DNA of 64,000 bases from Alphaproteobacteria bacterium (GTDB taxonomy: Bacteria > Pseudomonadota > Alphaproteobacteria > Rhodobacterales > Rhodobacteraceae): the NCBI GenBank assembly GCA_030425145.1, contig JAUHVK010000010.1, positions 21,362-85,361 of the forward strand. Direction: 5' to 3'. Shown here piece after piece: positions 52,035 to 60,756 of this stretch. Made by a program: the position numbers and the translations under genes. Under the pieces are notes generated by a model. It worked only from the letters and a program-made list of their open reading frames with translations. It did no database searches and was not told the DNA's origin. Each line of letters begins with the position of its first letter. Position 1 is the first letter of the stretch.

Positions 52035-52741
52035 GCGTGTTCGACCCGCGTGAAATCGGCGCGATTCTCTTCGACAAGGACGGCACTCTCTTCGACTTCG
52101 GCGCGACATGGAATGCTTGGGCCAAGGCGTTCCTTATGCGTCTATCAGAGGGAGATCGTGATCGTGCCGTGGCTCTCGGACACATGATCGGCTTTGATCT
52201 GAATGCAGGCGTGTTCGCGCCCGACAGTTTTGTCATCGCCGGGACCCCGGAGGAGTTGGTCGAAACCCTTGCACTGGAATGCCCGAACCTGTCCGACGCG
52301 GCGCTATTGGCGTTGATCAACGAAGAAGCCGCCGCTGCTCCGATAGCCGAAGCGGTTCCACTGGCCCCTTTGCTCGACCAGCTTTCGACAGCCGGATTGC
52401 GACTGGGGGTGGCCACGAATGATGCCGAAGCGCCGGCCTTTGCGCATCTCGATGCCGCAGGTGTGCGCCAGTGTTTCGATTTCATCGCCGGGTCCGACAG
52501 CGGTTATGGTGCGAAGCCTGAATCGGGGCAGTTGCTGGCATTTTGCGCGGCCGTCGGTGTCGACCCAAGTCGCGCTCTTATGGTCGGGGACAGCACCCAT
52601 GATTTGATTGCGGCGCGGGCTGCCGGCATGCGCACCGTTGCGGTTCTGACGGGCCTTGCCTTGGCGCAGGAACTGGAACCCCACGCGGATATGGTGTTTC
52701 CCAATATCGGATACCTGCCGCACTGGTTGGGGCTCAACTGA
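52031..52741 (+). CDS. HAD-superfamily hydrolase (phosphoglycolate phosphatase-like)
   Basis: Motif I is ILFDKDGTLFDF. The C-terminal motif is MVGDSTHDLIAA. It overlaps the upstream gene by ATGA. Confidence 0.8.
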   Translation: MSVFDPREIGAILFDKDGTLFDFGATWNAWAKAFLMRLSEGDRDRAVALGHMIGFDLNAGVFAPDSFVIAGTPEELVETLALECPNLSDAALLALINEEAAAAPIAEAVPLAPLLDQLSTAGLRLGVATNDAEAPAFAHLDAAGVRQCFDFIAGSDSGYGAKPESGQLLAFCAAVGVDPSRALMVGDSTHDLIAARAAGMRTVAVLTGLALAQELEPHADMVFPNIGYLPHWLGLN

Positions 52742-52841
52742 TCTGAGCGTGAATCGATCAAAAGCGACCGCATAAGTCGTGATCCGGCTGGATAACCTGC
52801 AACTGCGATGCCTAGCTAAACAGGCAACGCAGGAGAATGCC

Positions 52842-54401
52842 ATGACCGAGCTCACCACACGCAAACGCCGAAGCGGAGGCCGCTCTGGCCATGCAGTGCG
52901 TCGCGGGACGTCGGTGATCGAGCAGCTTCCGTGGAGCCTGCCGGTCAATATTGACCGCCCCACAGAACCGTTGTCGGAAGAAGGCGTCGCCCGCGTTCAC
53001 GATGCGGCGATGATCATCCTTGAAGAGATCGGGATCGAATTCCTCAACCCCGAAGCGGTGCGCATCCTCAAGGAGGCTGGTTGCACCGTCGATGGAGAAA
53101 ACGTTCGCATGGACCGTGATTTCGTTATGGAGTGGGTTCGCAAGACACCTGCCTCATTCACGATCACGCCGCGAAACCCGGACCGTAGGATTGTCGTCGG
53201 TGACGGCCATATCCTATTTGGCAACGTATCCTCTCCGCCAAATTACTGGGACATGGAGATGGGCCGGAAAGTGCCTGGCACGCGTGAGATGTGCCGCAAT
53301 TTCCTGAAGCTGTCGCAGTATTTCAACTGCATCCACTTCGTTGGCGGATACCCGGTCGAACCCGTCGACATCCATGCCAGCGTTCGCCATCTGGATGTGC
53401 TCTATGACAAGCTTACCCTGACCGACAAGGTCGCCCATGCCTATTCGCTGGGCAAAGAGCGGGTGGAAGACGTGATGGAGATGGTGCGCATCGCTGGCGG
53501 CCTGACGCATGAGGAATTCAACGCCAGCCCGCGGATGTACACCAACATCAACTCCACGTCGCCTCTCAAACATGACCACCCGATGATGGACGGCTGGATG
53601 CGCTGCGCGGCGCGCGGGCAGGGCTGTATCGTCACGCCCTTCACCTTGGCCGGTGCCATGGCTCCTGTCACGATGGCGGGGGCGGTTGCGCAATCGCTGG
53701 CCGAAGGGCTGAGCGCGATTGTTCTGGCCCAGATCATCAACCCCGGTGCGCCCTGTGCCATCGGCACGTTCACATCGAACGTGGATATGAAATCCGGCGC
53801 ACCTGCATTTGGCACGCCGGAATACATCCGCGCCACACAGATGACTGGCCAGATGGCGCGGTTCTACGGCCTGCCGCTGCGGTCCTCGGGTGTATGCGCC
53901 GCGAACGTTCCCGATGGTCAGGCGATGTGGGAAACCGAACACAGCCTCTGGGCCGCGATCCAGTCGGGCACGAACCTTGTCTATCACGCCGCCGGATGGC
54001 TCGAAGGCGGGCTGATCGCCAGCCCCGAAAAGTTCGTCATGGATTGCGAGGTGATCCAGCAGCTGATCCGCTACATGGACCCGGCAATCTGCGACGTAAG
54101 TGATGACGGTCTGGGTCTTGAGGCCATCCGCGAAGTGGGCAGTGACGGGCATTTCTTCGGCACGAAACACACGCAGGAACGCTACACCACGGCGTTCTAC
54201 CAACCCTTCCTGTCGGACTGGAAAAACTACGAGGCATGGGAAGCCGCAGGCAGCGTCTGGACCGCTGAGCGGGCGCATGTGATGTACAAAGCAATCCTCG
54301 AAGAATTCGAAGCTCCGCCGATGGATGCCGCGATCCATGAGGAATTGCAGGCCTTTGTCGAGCGCCGGAAAGCCGAAGGCGGTGCGCCGACGGATTTCTG
54401 A
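52842..54401 (+). CDS. MttB-superfamily (trimethylamine methyltransferase-like) protein, non-pyrrolysine type
   Basis: It is 519 aa from MTELTTRK. The ORF is uninterrupted with no in-frame TAG. I recognised family-level similarity by eye only. Confidence 0.7.
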   Translation: MTELTTRKRRSGGRSGHAVRRGTSVIEQLPWSLPVNIDRPTEPLSEEGVARVHDAAMIILEEIGIEFLNPEAVRILKEAGCTVDGENVRMDRDFVMEWVRKTPASFTITPRNPDRRIVVGDGHILFGNVSSPPNYWDMEMGRKVPGTREMCRNFLKLSQYFNCIHFVGGYPVEPVDIHASVRHLDVLYDKLTLTDKVAHAYSLGKERVEDVMEMVRIAGGLTHEEFNASPRMYTNINSTSPLKHDHPMMDGWMRCAARGQGCIVTPFTLAGAMAPVTMAGAVAQSLAEGLSAIVLAQIINPGAPCAIGTFTSNVDMKSGAPAFGTPEYIRATQMTGQMARFYGLPLRSSGVCAANVPDGQAMWETEHSLWAAIQSGTNLVYHAAGWLEGGLIASPEKFVMDCEVIQQLIRYMDPAICDVSDDGLGLEAIREVGSDGHFFGTKHTQERYTTAFYQPFLSDWKNYEAWEAAGSVWTAERAHVMYKAILEEFEAPPMDAAIHEELQAFVERRKAEGGAPTDF

Positions 54402-54469
54402 TCTCTTCGGAGTTTGCCGTTTCTTAAGACCCAATTGTCATGCTGTGCGCCAAACACGGGGCACAGCTT

Positions 54470-55069
54470 ATGCACGGTCTTATCTTTCGCACGCTTGAGG
54501 CGTTCATCTCCGATGCTTTCAGTTCGGATCACTGGGCAAAAGCGGTCGCGCAGGCTGATCTGCCTGTCACGTCATTCGAAGCGATGCTGCAATACGATGC
54601 GGGGCACTTCCCCAAACTGCTTGCAGGATGCGCTGACGTTCTGGATCGACCTGAAACGGTGATCCTCGAAGATCTGGGGGCTTATCTCATCACCCATCAG
54701 AACCACGCATCGGTGCGACGCCTGATGCGGTTTGGCGGCGATACATTTTCTGAGCTTCTGCATTCCCTTGGTGATCTGCCGGATCGCACCCGCCTCGCGG
54801 TCTCCGGTCTTGATCTGCCCGGAATCCTGGTGCGGGAGCCCATTCCGCAAAGCTTCACAATCCAATGTGCGGACAATCCGATGGGGTTTGGCCATGTCAT
54901 GGTCGGGCTGCTGCGCGCGATGGCCGATGACTATGGAACGCTTGCCTTGCTTGAGCATCGTGGTCTGCGCGACGGGACTGAGATTATCGAGGTTCAAGTC
55001 GTCGAAACCGCGTTCGCTGATGACCGCGGATTTTCTCTGGCGGCTGGTCATGGGGCTCATCACGCATGA
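54470..55069 (+). CDS. H-NOX (heme-NO/O2-binding)-like sensor domain protein
   Basis: The family-typical N-terminus is MHGLIFRTLEAFISDAF. It is about 199 aa and is translationally coupled (ATGA) to a GGDEF protein. No YxSxR motif is present. Confidence 0.6.
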   Translation: MHGLIFRTLEAFISDAFSSDHWAKAVAQADLPVTSFEAMLQYDAGHFPKLLAGCADVLDRPETVILEDLGAYLITHQNHASVRRLMRFGGDTFSELLHSLGDLPDRTRLAVSGLDLPGILVREPIPQSFTIQCADNPMGFGHVMVGLLRAMADDYGTLALLEHRGLRDGTEIIEVQVVETAFADDRGFSLAAGHGAHHA

Positions 55070-56082
55070 TCGCCGCGACCGACCTTTTGCGAGCAATCCG
55101 TCCGCTCCATGTTTGTATCGGGCCGACGGGTCATATTCGGCAACTTGGCAAAAGCTTCTCAAAACTCGGTATCGATGACCCGACGGGTCGCCGATTTCTT
55201 GAGGTGTTCGAGATCCTGCGCCCCTCAAAACCGTCCTCCATGTCCGGCCTGCGCGATTTGGCCGGACAGGTGCTGCGCCTGCGCCTTAGGGAGGAACCGG
55301 AAATCGGATTCAGGGGATTGGTGGTCGACGATCAGGTAAATGGCGTGATCCTTGATCTGTCTTTCGGCATCGCCGTGGTGGATGCGGTGCAGCGTTTTGG
55401 CCTGACAGCACAGGATTTCGCGGCAAGCGATCTCGTGATGGAACTGCTGTTCCTGCAAGAGGCCAAATCCAGCGCGATGGCGGCATCCTTCAGTCTTAAT
55501 GCACGACTGAATGGCGCACGCCTTGCCGCCGAAACCGAAGCTCTGACCGATGGTCTCACTGGGCTCCACAACCGCCGCGCGCTGGATGGTGCCATGGTAC
55601 GACTTGGGCAATCCGACACCGAATACGCGATCCTGCAGATGGATCTCGACCGCTTCAAACAGGTCAACGACACGCTGGGCCACGCAGTTGGGGACGGCGT
55701 TCTCAAACGGGTCGCCGTTATTCTGCGCAGCCACACACGGCAGGACGATCTGCTGGTCCGCGCTGGCGGGGACGAATTTGTGATCGTTTGCCCGGGGCTG
55801 ACCGATCAGTTGCGCCTGACAGAGTTATCGACCCGTTTAATAAGCGACATTTCCGAACCGGCTCTGATCGACGGGCAGGACGTCACTATAGGGGCCAGCA
55901 TTGGCATCGCTGTGTCTGCCGAAACGGCGCGGTGCGACCCGACAACTCAACTCTCCCACGCCGATGTCGCGCTTTATGCCGCCAAACGATCAGGACGGGG
56001 GCAACATCGCTTCTGGTCCACGGATATGGGGGATAGCCTTGCAACGCTTGATCTCCCGGTCTCGCATCCTCAATCATCGTAA
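55066..56082 (+). CDS. Diguanylate cyclase with N-terminal HNOBA/PAS-like domain
   Basis: The active site is RAGGDEF and an RxxD I-site (RQDD) lies upstream. The N-terminal segment FLEVFEILRP resembles H-NOX-associated domains. Confidence 0.8.
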   Translation: MIAATDLLRAIRPLHVCIGPTGHIRQLGKSFSKLGIDDPTGRRFLEVFEILRPSKPSSMSGLRDLAGQVLRLRLREEPEIGFRGLVVDDQVNGVILDLSFGIAVVDAVQRFGLTAQDFAASDLVMELLFLQEAKSSAMAASFSLNARLNGARLAAETEALTDGLTGLHNRRALDGAMVRLGQSDTEYAILQMDLDRFKQVNDTLGHAVGDGVLKRVAVILRSHTRQDDLLVRAGGDEFVIVCPGLTDQLRLTELSTRLISDISEPALIDGQDVTIGASIGIAVSAETARCDPTTQLSHADVALYAAKRSGRGQHRFWSTDMGDSLATLDLPVSHPQSS

Positions 56083-56131
56083 CGGCATAGCGCGCTTGCA
56101 ACCCTTTGGGTCGTCGCGCATTGTTACGAGT

Positions 56132-57478
56132 ATGGGTCTGTTTTTTCGCCTGATTTTTCTGAGCATCGTTTTTGTCCTGAGCGTCATAGAGGCACCGCTG
56201 CAGGCCCAAACCGCCGATCAGCCCACAGGCACGATCACTGTCGAAGACAGCGCCGAGCAGGACGCCGCAATCGCAAATCGCATCCGCGAAATTCTGATGG
56301 AACTCGACGGCTACGAAGATGTGACCGTCACCGTGAGCTCTGGCATCGTCACTCTCCGAGGCACCGCGCTCGACGGGCCGGCGGTCACGCGCCTTAACGA
56401 AATCGCGGGGCGCGTCGAAGGGGTCGTGACCATCGAAAACCGGGTGCAGGAAACCACCGATGTCGCCCGCAGACTGGATCCTGCGTGGGAGCGGTTCCGG
56501 GCACGAACAGAGCAATTTATCAATTACTTGCCTCTTCTGGCGATCGCTGTCGCTGCATTCGCACTTGTCGTCATGGCCGGTTTCCTGATCGCCCGGATGG
56601 AACGCCCATGGGATCGGATCGCCCCCAACGCCTTCATCGCGGATATCTACCGGCAGGTGATCCGAATCGCCTTCATTTTAGGGGGGCTGGTAATCGCCCT
56701 CGATATTCTCGGGGCAACAGCGCTGCTCTCCACCATTCTGGGTGCTGCCGGGATCATCGGCCTCGCCATCGGCTTTGCGGTCCGTGACACGGTCGAGAAT
56801 TTCATCGCGTCGATCATGCTGTCGATTCGTCAGCCTTTCCGCCCAAATGATCAGGTCGAGATTGAAGGCGACGTTGGCAAGGTCATCCGTCTGACCAGCC
56901 GCGCGACGATTCTGTTGAGCTTTGACGGCAATCACATCCGCATTCCCAATGCGACCGTCTTCAAAAGCCGTATCGTGAACTACTCACGCAATGACGAACG
57001 CCGGTTTCTGGTCAGTCTTGGCGTGGCGTACGACACCGACCTGCTGCGCGCGCAGGAATTGGCTTTGCAGACGGTTACGGCACTGCCCTTCGTGATCGAA
57101 GAACCTGCACCCGCGGTCTGGATCGAAGAATTGGGCGACAGTGCGATTATACTGAACGTGGCAGGTTGGATCAGGCAGCATGAAACCAGCTACCTCAAGG
57201 CCCGTAGCGAAGCATGGCGCCTGTGCCTTGCCGCTTTCGATCACTCGGGCATTGTCATGCCGGAAACCACCTTACGCATAGTTGGCGTAGGCGATGCCCC
57301 AACGTCACCGCCCGACCGGCAGCCAACCACGTCTAACGCTGCCGCCGTTGCCGCTGCAACCGCCACTGTCGGCGACACCGAAGCCGCGATGGATAAGGAA
57401 TTGGAACGGATCGTCGCCTCGGAACGTGCCGAAAAGGGGGGGGATGACCTGCTCAAAAAAGACGCGCCGGAAGAGTAG
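56132..57478 (+). CDS. MscS-family mechanosensitive channel with N-terminal BON-like periplasmic domain
   Basis: A signal/TM segment is followed by a BON-like part (VTVSSGIVTLRGTA...VEGVVTIENRV). TM helices and the MscS beta-domain (FRPNDQVEIEGDVGKVIRLTSRAT) follow. Confidence 0.8.
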   Translation: MGLFFRLIFLSIVFVLSVIEAPLQAQTADQPTGTITVEDSAEQDAAIANRIREILMELDGYEDVTVTVSSGIVTLRGTALDGPAVTRLNEIAGRVEGVVTIENRVQETTDVARRLDPAWERFRARTEQFINYLPLLAIAVAAFALVVMAGFLIARMERPWDRIAPNAFIADIYRQVIRIAFILGGLVIALDILGATALLSTILGAAGIIGLAIGFAVRDTVENFIASIMLSIRQPFRPNDQVEIEGDVGKVIRLTSRATILLSFDGNHIRIPNATVFKSRIVNYSRNDERRFLVSLGVAYDTDLLRAQELALQTVTALPFVIEEPAPAVWIEELGDSAIILNVAGWIRQHETSYLKARSEAWRLCLAAFDHSGIVMPETTLRIVGVGDAPTSPPDRQPTTSNAAAVAAATATVGDTEAAMDKELERIVASERAEKGGDDLLKKDAPEE

Positions 57479-57541
57479 GAAAATTTTCGGATTCCGGGTC
57501 TTGATCCCAGTCACAGAGCGGCGTAAGTACGCCCGCACGGT

Positions 57542-57616
57542 TGGGGTGTAGCCAAGTGGTAAGGCAACGGTTTTTGGTACCGCGTACCGTAGGTTCGAAT
57601 CCTACCACCCCAGCCA
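57542..57616 (+). tRNA. tRNA-Gln (anticodon UUG), CCA encoded
   Basis: It folds as a 75-nt cloverleaf. The acceptor stem is TGGGGTG/CACCCCA. The T-arm is GTAGG-TTCGAAT-CCTAC. The anticodon loop is TTTTGGT. The D-arm GCCAAGTGGTAAGGC closely resembles E. coli tRNA-Gln. Confidence 0.9.
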
Positions 57617-58546
57617 GTTTCCTAGAATGCATAAATTTCAATGACTTAACCGAGTGTCGATTTTGTCGTCCGGAACACTTTGCCGGATCATTTTTCCGGC
57701 CCACGCCTCATTGCCAATAGCTAACGACTCGTAAATCTCCGACAACTTGTCGACAATTGGTTCAGACCGGTAGGTTTGCTGTATCACCCGGCTTAAAACT
57801 CTGCGTGTGCGGCAGCGGTCAATTGGCGGTTGAAGGTCAAAAAAACAGGTGCGCTTCGGTGCTGAGCAGGCTGTCCCATTCTCGCTGTTGCTCGCCGAAT
57901 CTAATTGGATCCTCCTCCGTCGTGGAGATCGTAGTTTCACCGCCTTACAATCTTGCGGCCTCTCGCAACGCGAACACTCAACATGGATCGGCAAAGCGCG
58001 TGGTGCCCTTGTGGCCGACTCACGTTACCGACTGTCATGCATGTCGATAAGCGCTCCTGTAAACAGGAGATATGCCGCAGCGCGTTTCCCGGTGGACGTG
58101 TGGGCGTCGAGGCGGCACATTGGTAAGTGAGCCTCCCCCTTTGGATTTCGCATAGGTCCGAAGGGTGTGTGATTTCCAAGGTCGGACATTATCCGGATGT
58201 CGGGATCAGATCACTGTGATCGGGAATTGCGGGTCATTGGGGATGCCGGGAGTAACAATGTGGTCGCACGCGGCGGCTCTCCTGCGCTCCTCTGGACGAT
58301 CAAACATACGCGTCGCAACCTCATTGAAGGTGCTCGTTTCAGTGGCTGATTGCTTGGCGAGCTGGAGCAGAGCCACACAGACTACTACTTCATGCATGTT
58401 CGCCAACGATCCTAAGCCGGGCAGTTTCGGTATCGATTTCGCAAAGAGACGTGACTTTGACTTCGCAAACCCCCTGTTTTCTTAGCTGGTGCGTCCCCCA
58501 CACGTTTTCGTGGCGGTCGGAAAAAACGGAATTCTGAGCGTTTTTT

Positions 58547-58576
58547 GTAAACATAAGGTAAACATAGGGTAAACAT
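58547..58576. repeat. Three direct GTAAACAT repeats phased at exactly 11 bp
   Basis: Copies lie at 58547-58554, 58558-58565 and 58569-58576. An inverted copy ATGTTTAC lies at 58621-58628 and the variant GTAAACGT at 58644-58651. GTAAACA is also the core of the palindrome at 58054-58069. Confidence 0.9.
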
Positions 58577-58813
58577 TCCGGCCGGAAATCTGGCCATTCT
58601 GACACCTAGTAGGCCGGTGGATGTTTACCTCTGAATGCTTGTTGTAAACGTCATGTCAACATTCGGGAAACATGCATGGTGTGATCCGGCGCCGCGAGGA
58701 CGTCAAGCCATTCCTCTCCGTTCAAGCTTTACTGGTCGAGTTGAACGGCAACGTTCCATCCAAAGCCTGAGGTCCACGCAATCCAGTGCTAACGCACAAT
58801 GGCAATCAACTGC

Positions 58814-60310
58814 TTATGCAGTGCGTGTCCATGGCAGGTAGCGGCGTGGGATCGCAGTGGCCAACAGGAGGACGGCAGCGACGCCCAACAGCGCCGCACT
58901 CCCCGGACGTTCTAAAAAGACCATCGGGTCACCGCGCGACAGAAGCATGGCACGGCGGAAGAATTCTTCCATCATCGGCCCCAGAACGAACCCGATCAGT
59001 AATGGCGCAGGTTCGAACCGAAAGAGACGCAGCACATAGCCCAGCACGCCGAAGGCAAGGGTCATCCAGATGTCGAAGATCGAGTTGTCGATGCTGTAGA
59101 CACCCACGCAGATAAGCACCACGACGGTTGGATAGAGATAGTAGTGCGGCACGCGGAGCAAACGAACCCAGAGACCGATCAGCGGTATGTTCAGCACAAG
59201 CAAAAACAGATTGCCGAACAGAAAGCTGACGATCAGACCCCAGAACAGCTCCGGGTGCTCTGAGATGAGGCGTGGACCGGGTGTGATCCCGTGGATCATC
59301 AAGGCCCCCAACATGAGCGCCATGGTTGTCGATCCGGGAATGCCCAGTGTCAGCGTCGGGATGAATGCAGTCTGCGCAGCGGCGTTGTTGGCGGATTCAG
59401 GGACAACCACACCTTCGATCTGACCTGTGCCGAACTTGTCTCCACGGGGCGAGATGCGTTTCTCCAAGGCATACCCGACGAAGGATGCGACTGTCTGGCC
59501 GGTGCCGGGCAAGGTGCCGAAGAATGACCCGACGGTTGATCCGCGCAGGGCGGGACCGATGCTCCGCAGCCATTCGGACCGCGTCGGGAAGAAATTGCTC
59601 ATGGAGATGCGCTCGGTAGCGTAGGACCGGGTCGCGCCGCGTGCGGACACCATGACCTCGGAAATCCCGAAGAGGCCCATGGCGACGACGACAAGACTGA
59701 CCCCGTCGCGCAGTTCGGGCATCCCGGCGACGAAGCGCGTTTCGCCGGAATTGATGTCGACACCCACGGTGCCCAGCAGGATGCCAAGGCAGACCATCAT
59801 GACGCCGCGCATCGCACCGGACGTGCTGACAACGGACGCGGCGACTAGCCCAAGCACCATAACGGCAAAATATTCGGCAGGCCCGAACAGCAGCGCGAAT
59901 TCTGCCAGAGCTGGCGACAGGAGGACCATCACGATGACGCCGAAAATGGCTCCTAAGAACGACGCGATGGCGGTCGAGAAGAGCGCGACTCCAGCCCGTC
60001 CGTCTCGCGCCATCGGATAGCCGTCAAGGCAGGTCACCGAGGCCGACGGTGTGCCAGGAATGTTCAGCAGGATCGACGCGATCGAGCCGCCATATTCAGC
60101 GCCATAGTATACGCCCGCCAGCATGACGAGTGCGGTTTCCGGCGGCAGGTAGAACGACACCGGCAGCAGCATCGCAACCGCTGCCAAGGGACCAACGCCC
60201 GGCAGGACGCCGATGAAAGTGCCGAGGAAAACGCCGACGAAACAATAGGTCAGATTGTAGAGCGTCGCCGCTGTCGCAAAGCCAAGCGCGAGGTTGGACA
60301 GCAGTTCCAT
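58814..60310 (-). CDS. tctA: Tripartite tricarboxylate transporter large permease
   Basis: It is 498 aa from MELLSNLALGF and polytopic. It overlaps tctB by TGATG. Confidence 0.88.
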   Translation of the reverse strand: MELLSNLALGFATAATLYNLTYCFVGVFLGTFIGVLPGVGPLAAVAMLLPVSFYLPPETALVMLAGVYYGAEYGGSIASILLNIPGTPSASVTCLDGYPMARDGRAGVALFSTAIASFLGAIFGVIVMVLLSPALAEFALLFGPAEYFAVMVLGLVAASVVSTSGAMRGVMMVCLGILLGTVGVDINSGETRFVAGMPELRDGVSLVVVAMGLFGISEVMVSARGATRSYATERISMSNFFPTRSEWLRSIGPALRGSTVGSFFGTLPGTGQTVASFVGYALEKRISPRGDKFGTGQIEGVVVPESANNAAAQTAFIPTLTLGIPGSTTMALMLGALMIHGITPGPRLISEHPELFWGLIVSFLFGNLFLLVLNIPLIGLWVRLLRVPHYYLYPTVVVLICVGVYSIDNSIFDIWMTLAFGVLGYVLRLFRFEPAPLLIGFVLGPMMEEFFRRAMLLSRGDPMVFLERPGSAALLGVAAVLLLATAIPRRYLPWTRTA

Positions 60311-60756
60311 CAGAACCCCCGGATCGTGAGAAGCGGGATGCCGAGACCCTTTACGAAGACCAGCCAGACCGCGCCTGCGACACAGAACGCCAAAACGAGC
60401 CGACCAGGCCAGCGGAACTTTGGCACAGCCGACGAGGTCGTCAGCACCGACAGGATGACTGCGGGTAGGACACCCAGCAGAGGCGTCAGAAACGCGAAGG
60501 CCGCGACGCCGCCGGCCACAGCCGCGACAGAAATTGGGTCGGGATGGTCCCAACCCATCGGGTATCGGAAATTGCGGACCAGCGTAATCAGCGCCAGCAC
60601 CGAGAGCAGAGCACCCACAAGCACCGGAAACGCCCCCGGTCCCATCCGACGCGCAGACCCCAGTTCAAGCGTTGTGATCGACCCGACGACAAACGCGACG
60701 CCCACCAGCAGCATGAGCGCTGGTCCGATCTGAGAGATCAGGCGGTCGCGATGCAT
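60310..60756 (-). CDS. tctB: Tripartite tricarboxylate transporter small membrane subunit
   Basis: It is about 148 aa with 4 TM helices and lies directly upstream of tctA. The start is uncertain because it overlaps the BMP-family gene by 19 nt. Confidence 0.7.
   Translation of the reverse strand: MHRDRLISQIGPALMLLVGVAFVVGSITTLELGSARRMGPGAFPVLVGALLSVLALITLVRNFRYPMGWDHPDPISVAAVAGGVAAFAFLTPLLGVLPAVILSVLTTSSAVPKFRWPGRLVLAFCVAGAVWLVFVKGLGIPLLTIRGF

Noticed and set aside
57786-57800. The string CACCCGGCTTAAAAC is reminiscent of the conserved CCCGGCUUA element of RNase P RNA.
   Set aside because: No GAAAGUCCGG-type CR-I element or other RNase P conserved regions occur nearby. This is an isolated short match.
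57911-58139. The C-rich words CCTCCTCC (57911) and CCTCCCCC (58132) resemble the anti-Shine-Dalgarno loops of CcsR/cuckoo sRNAs of Rhodobacterales.
   Set aside because: There is only one copy of each. The first is predicted to sit in a weak stem rather than a loop. No tandem hairpin units and no upstream DUF1127 gene are present. The evidence is not enough to call an sRNA without a covariance-model search.
57638-58485. Short ORFs in the tRNA-adjacent tract (57638-57994, 57757-58050, 57849-58130, 57937-58179, 58165-58485 and 58206-58406) as candidate integrase, toxin-antitoxin or small-protein genes.
   Set aside because: I found no integrase, excisionase or toxin-antitoxin motifs. The ORFs overlap each other, lack Shine-Dalgarno sequences, and show weak third-position GC bias (about 64% for 58206-58406 by my count). 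I cannot support any as a gene, although a decayed pseudogene remains possible.
58547-58576. The reverse complement of the GTAAACAT array (CTTATGTTTAC) resembles the XerD arm of dif (TTATGTTAAAT).
   Set aside because: There is no adjacent XerC-arm-like GCGCATAA half-site or 6-bp central region. Three tandem copies is not a dif architecture.
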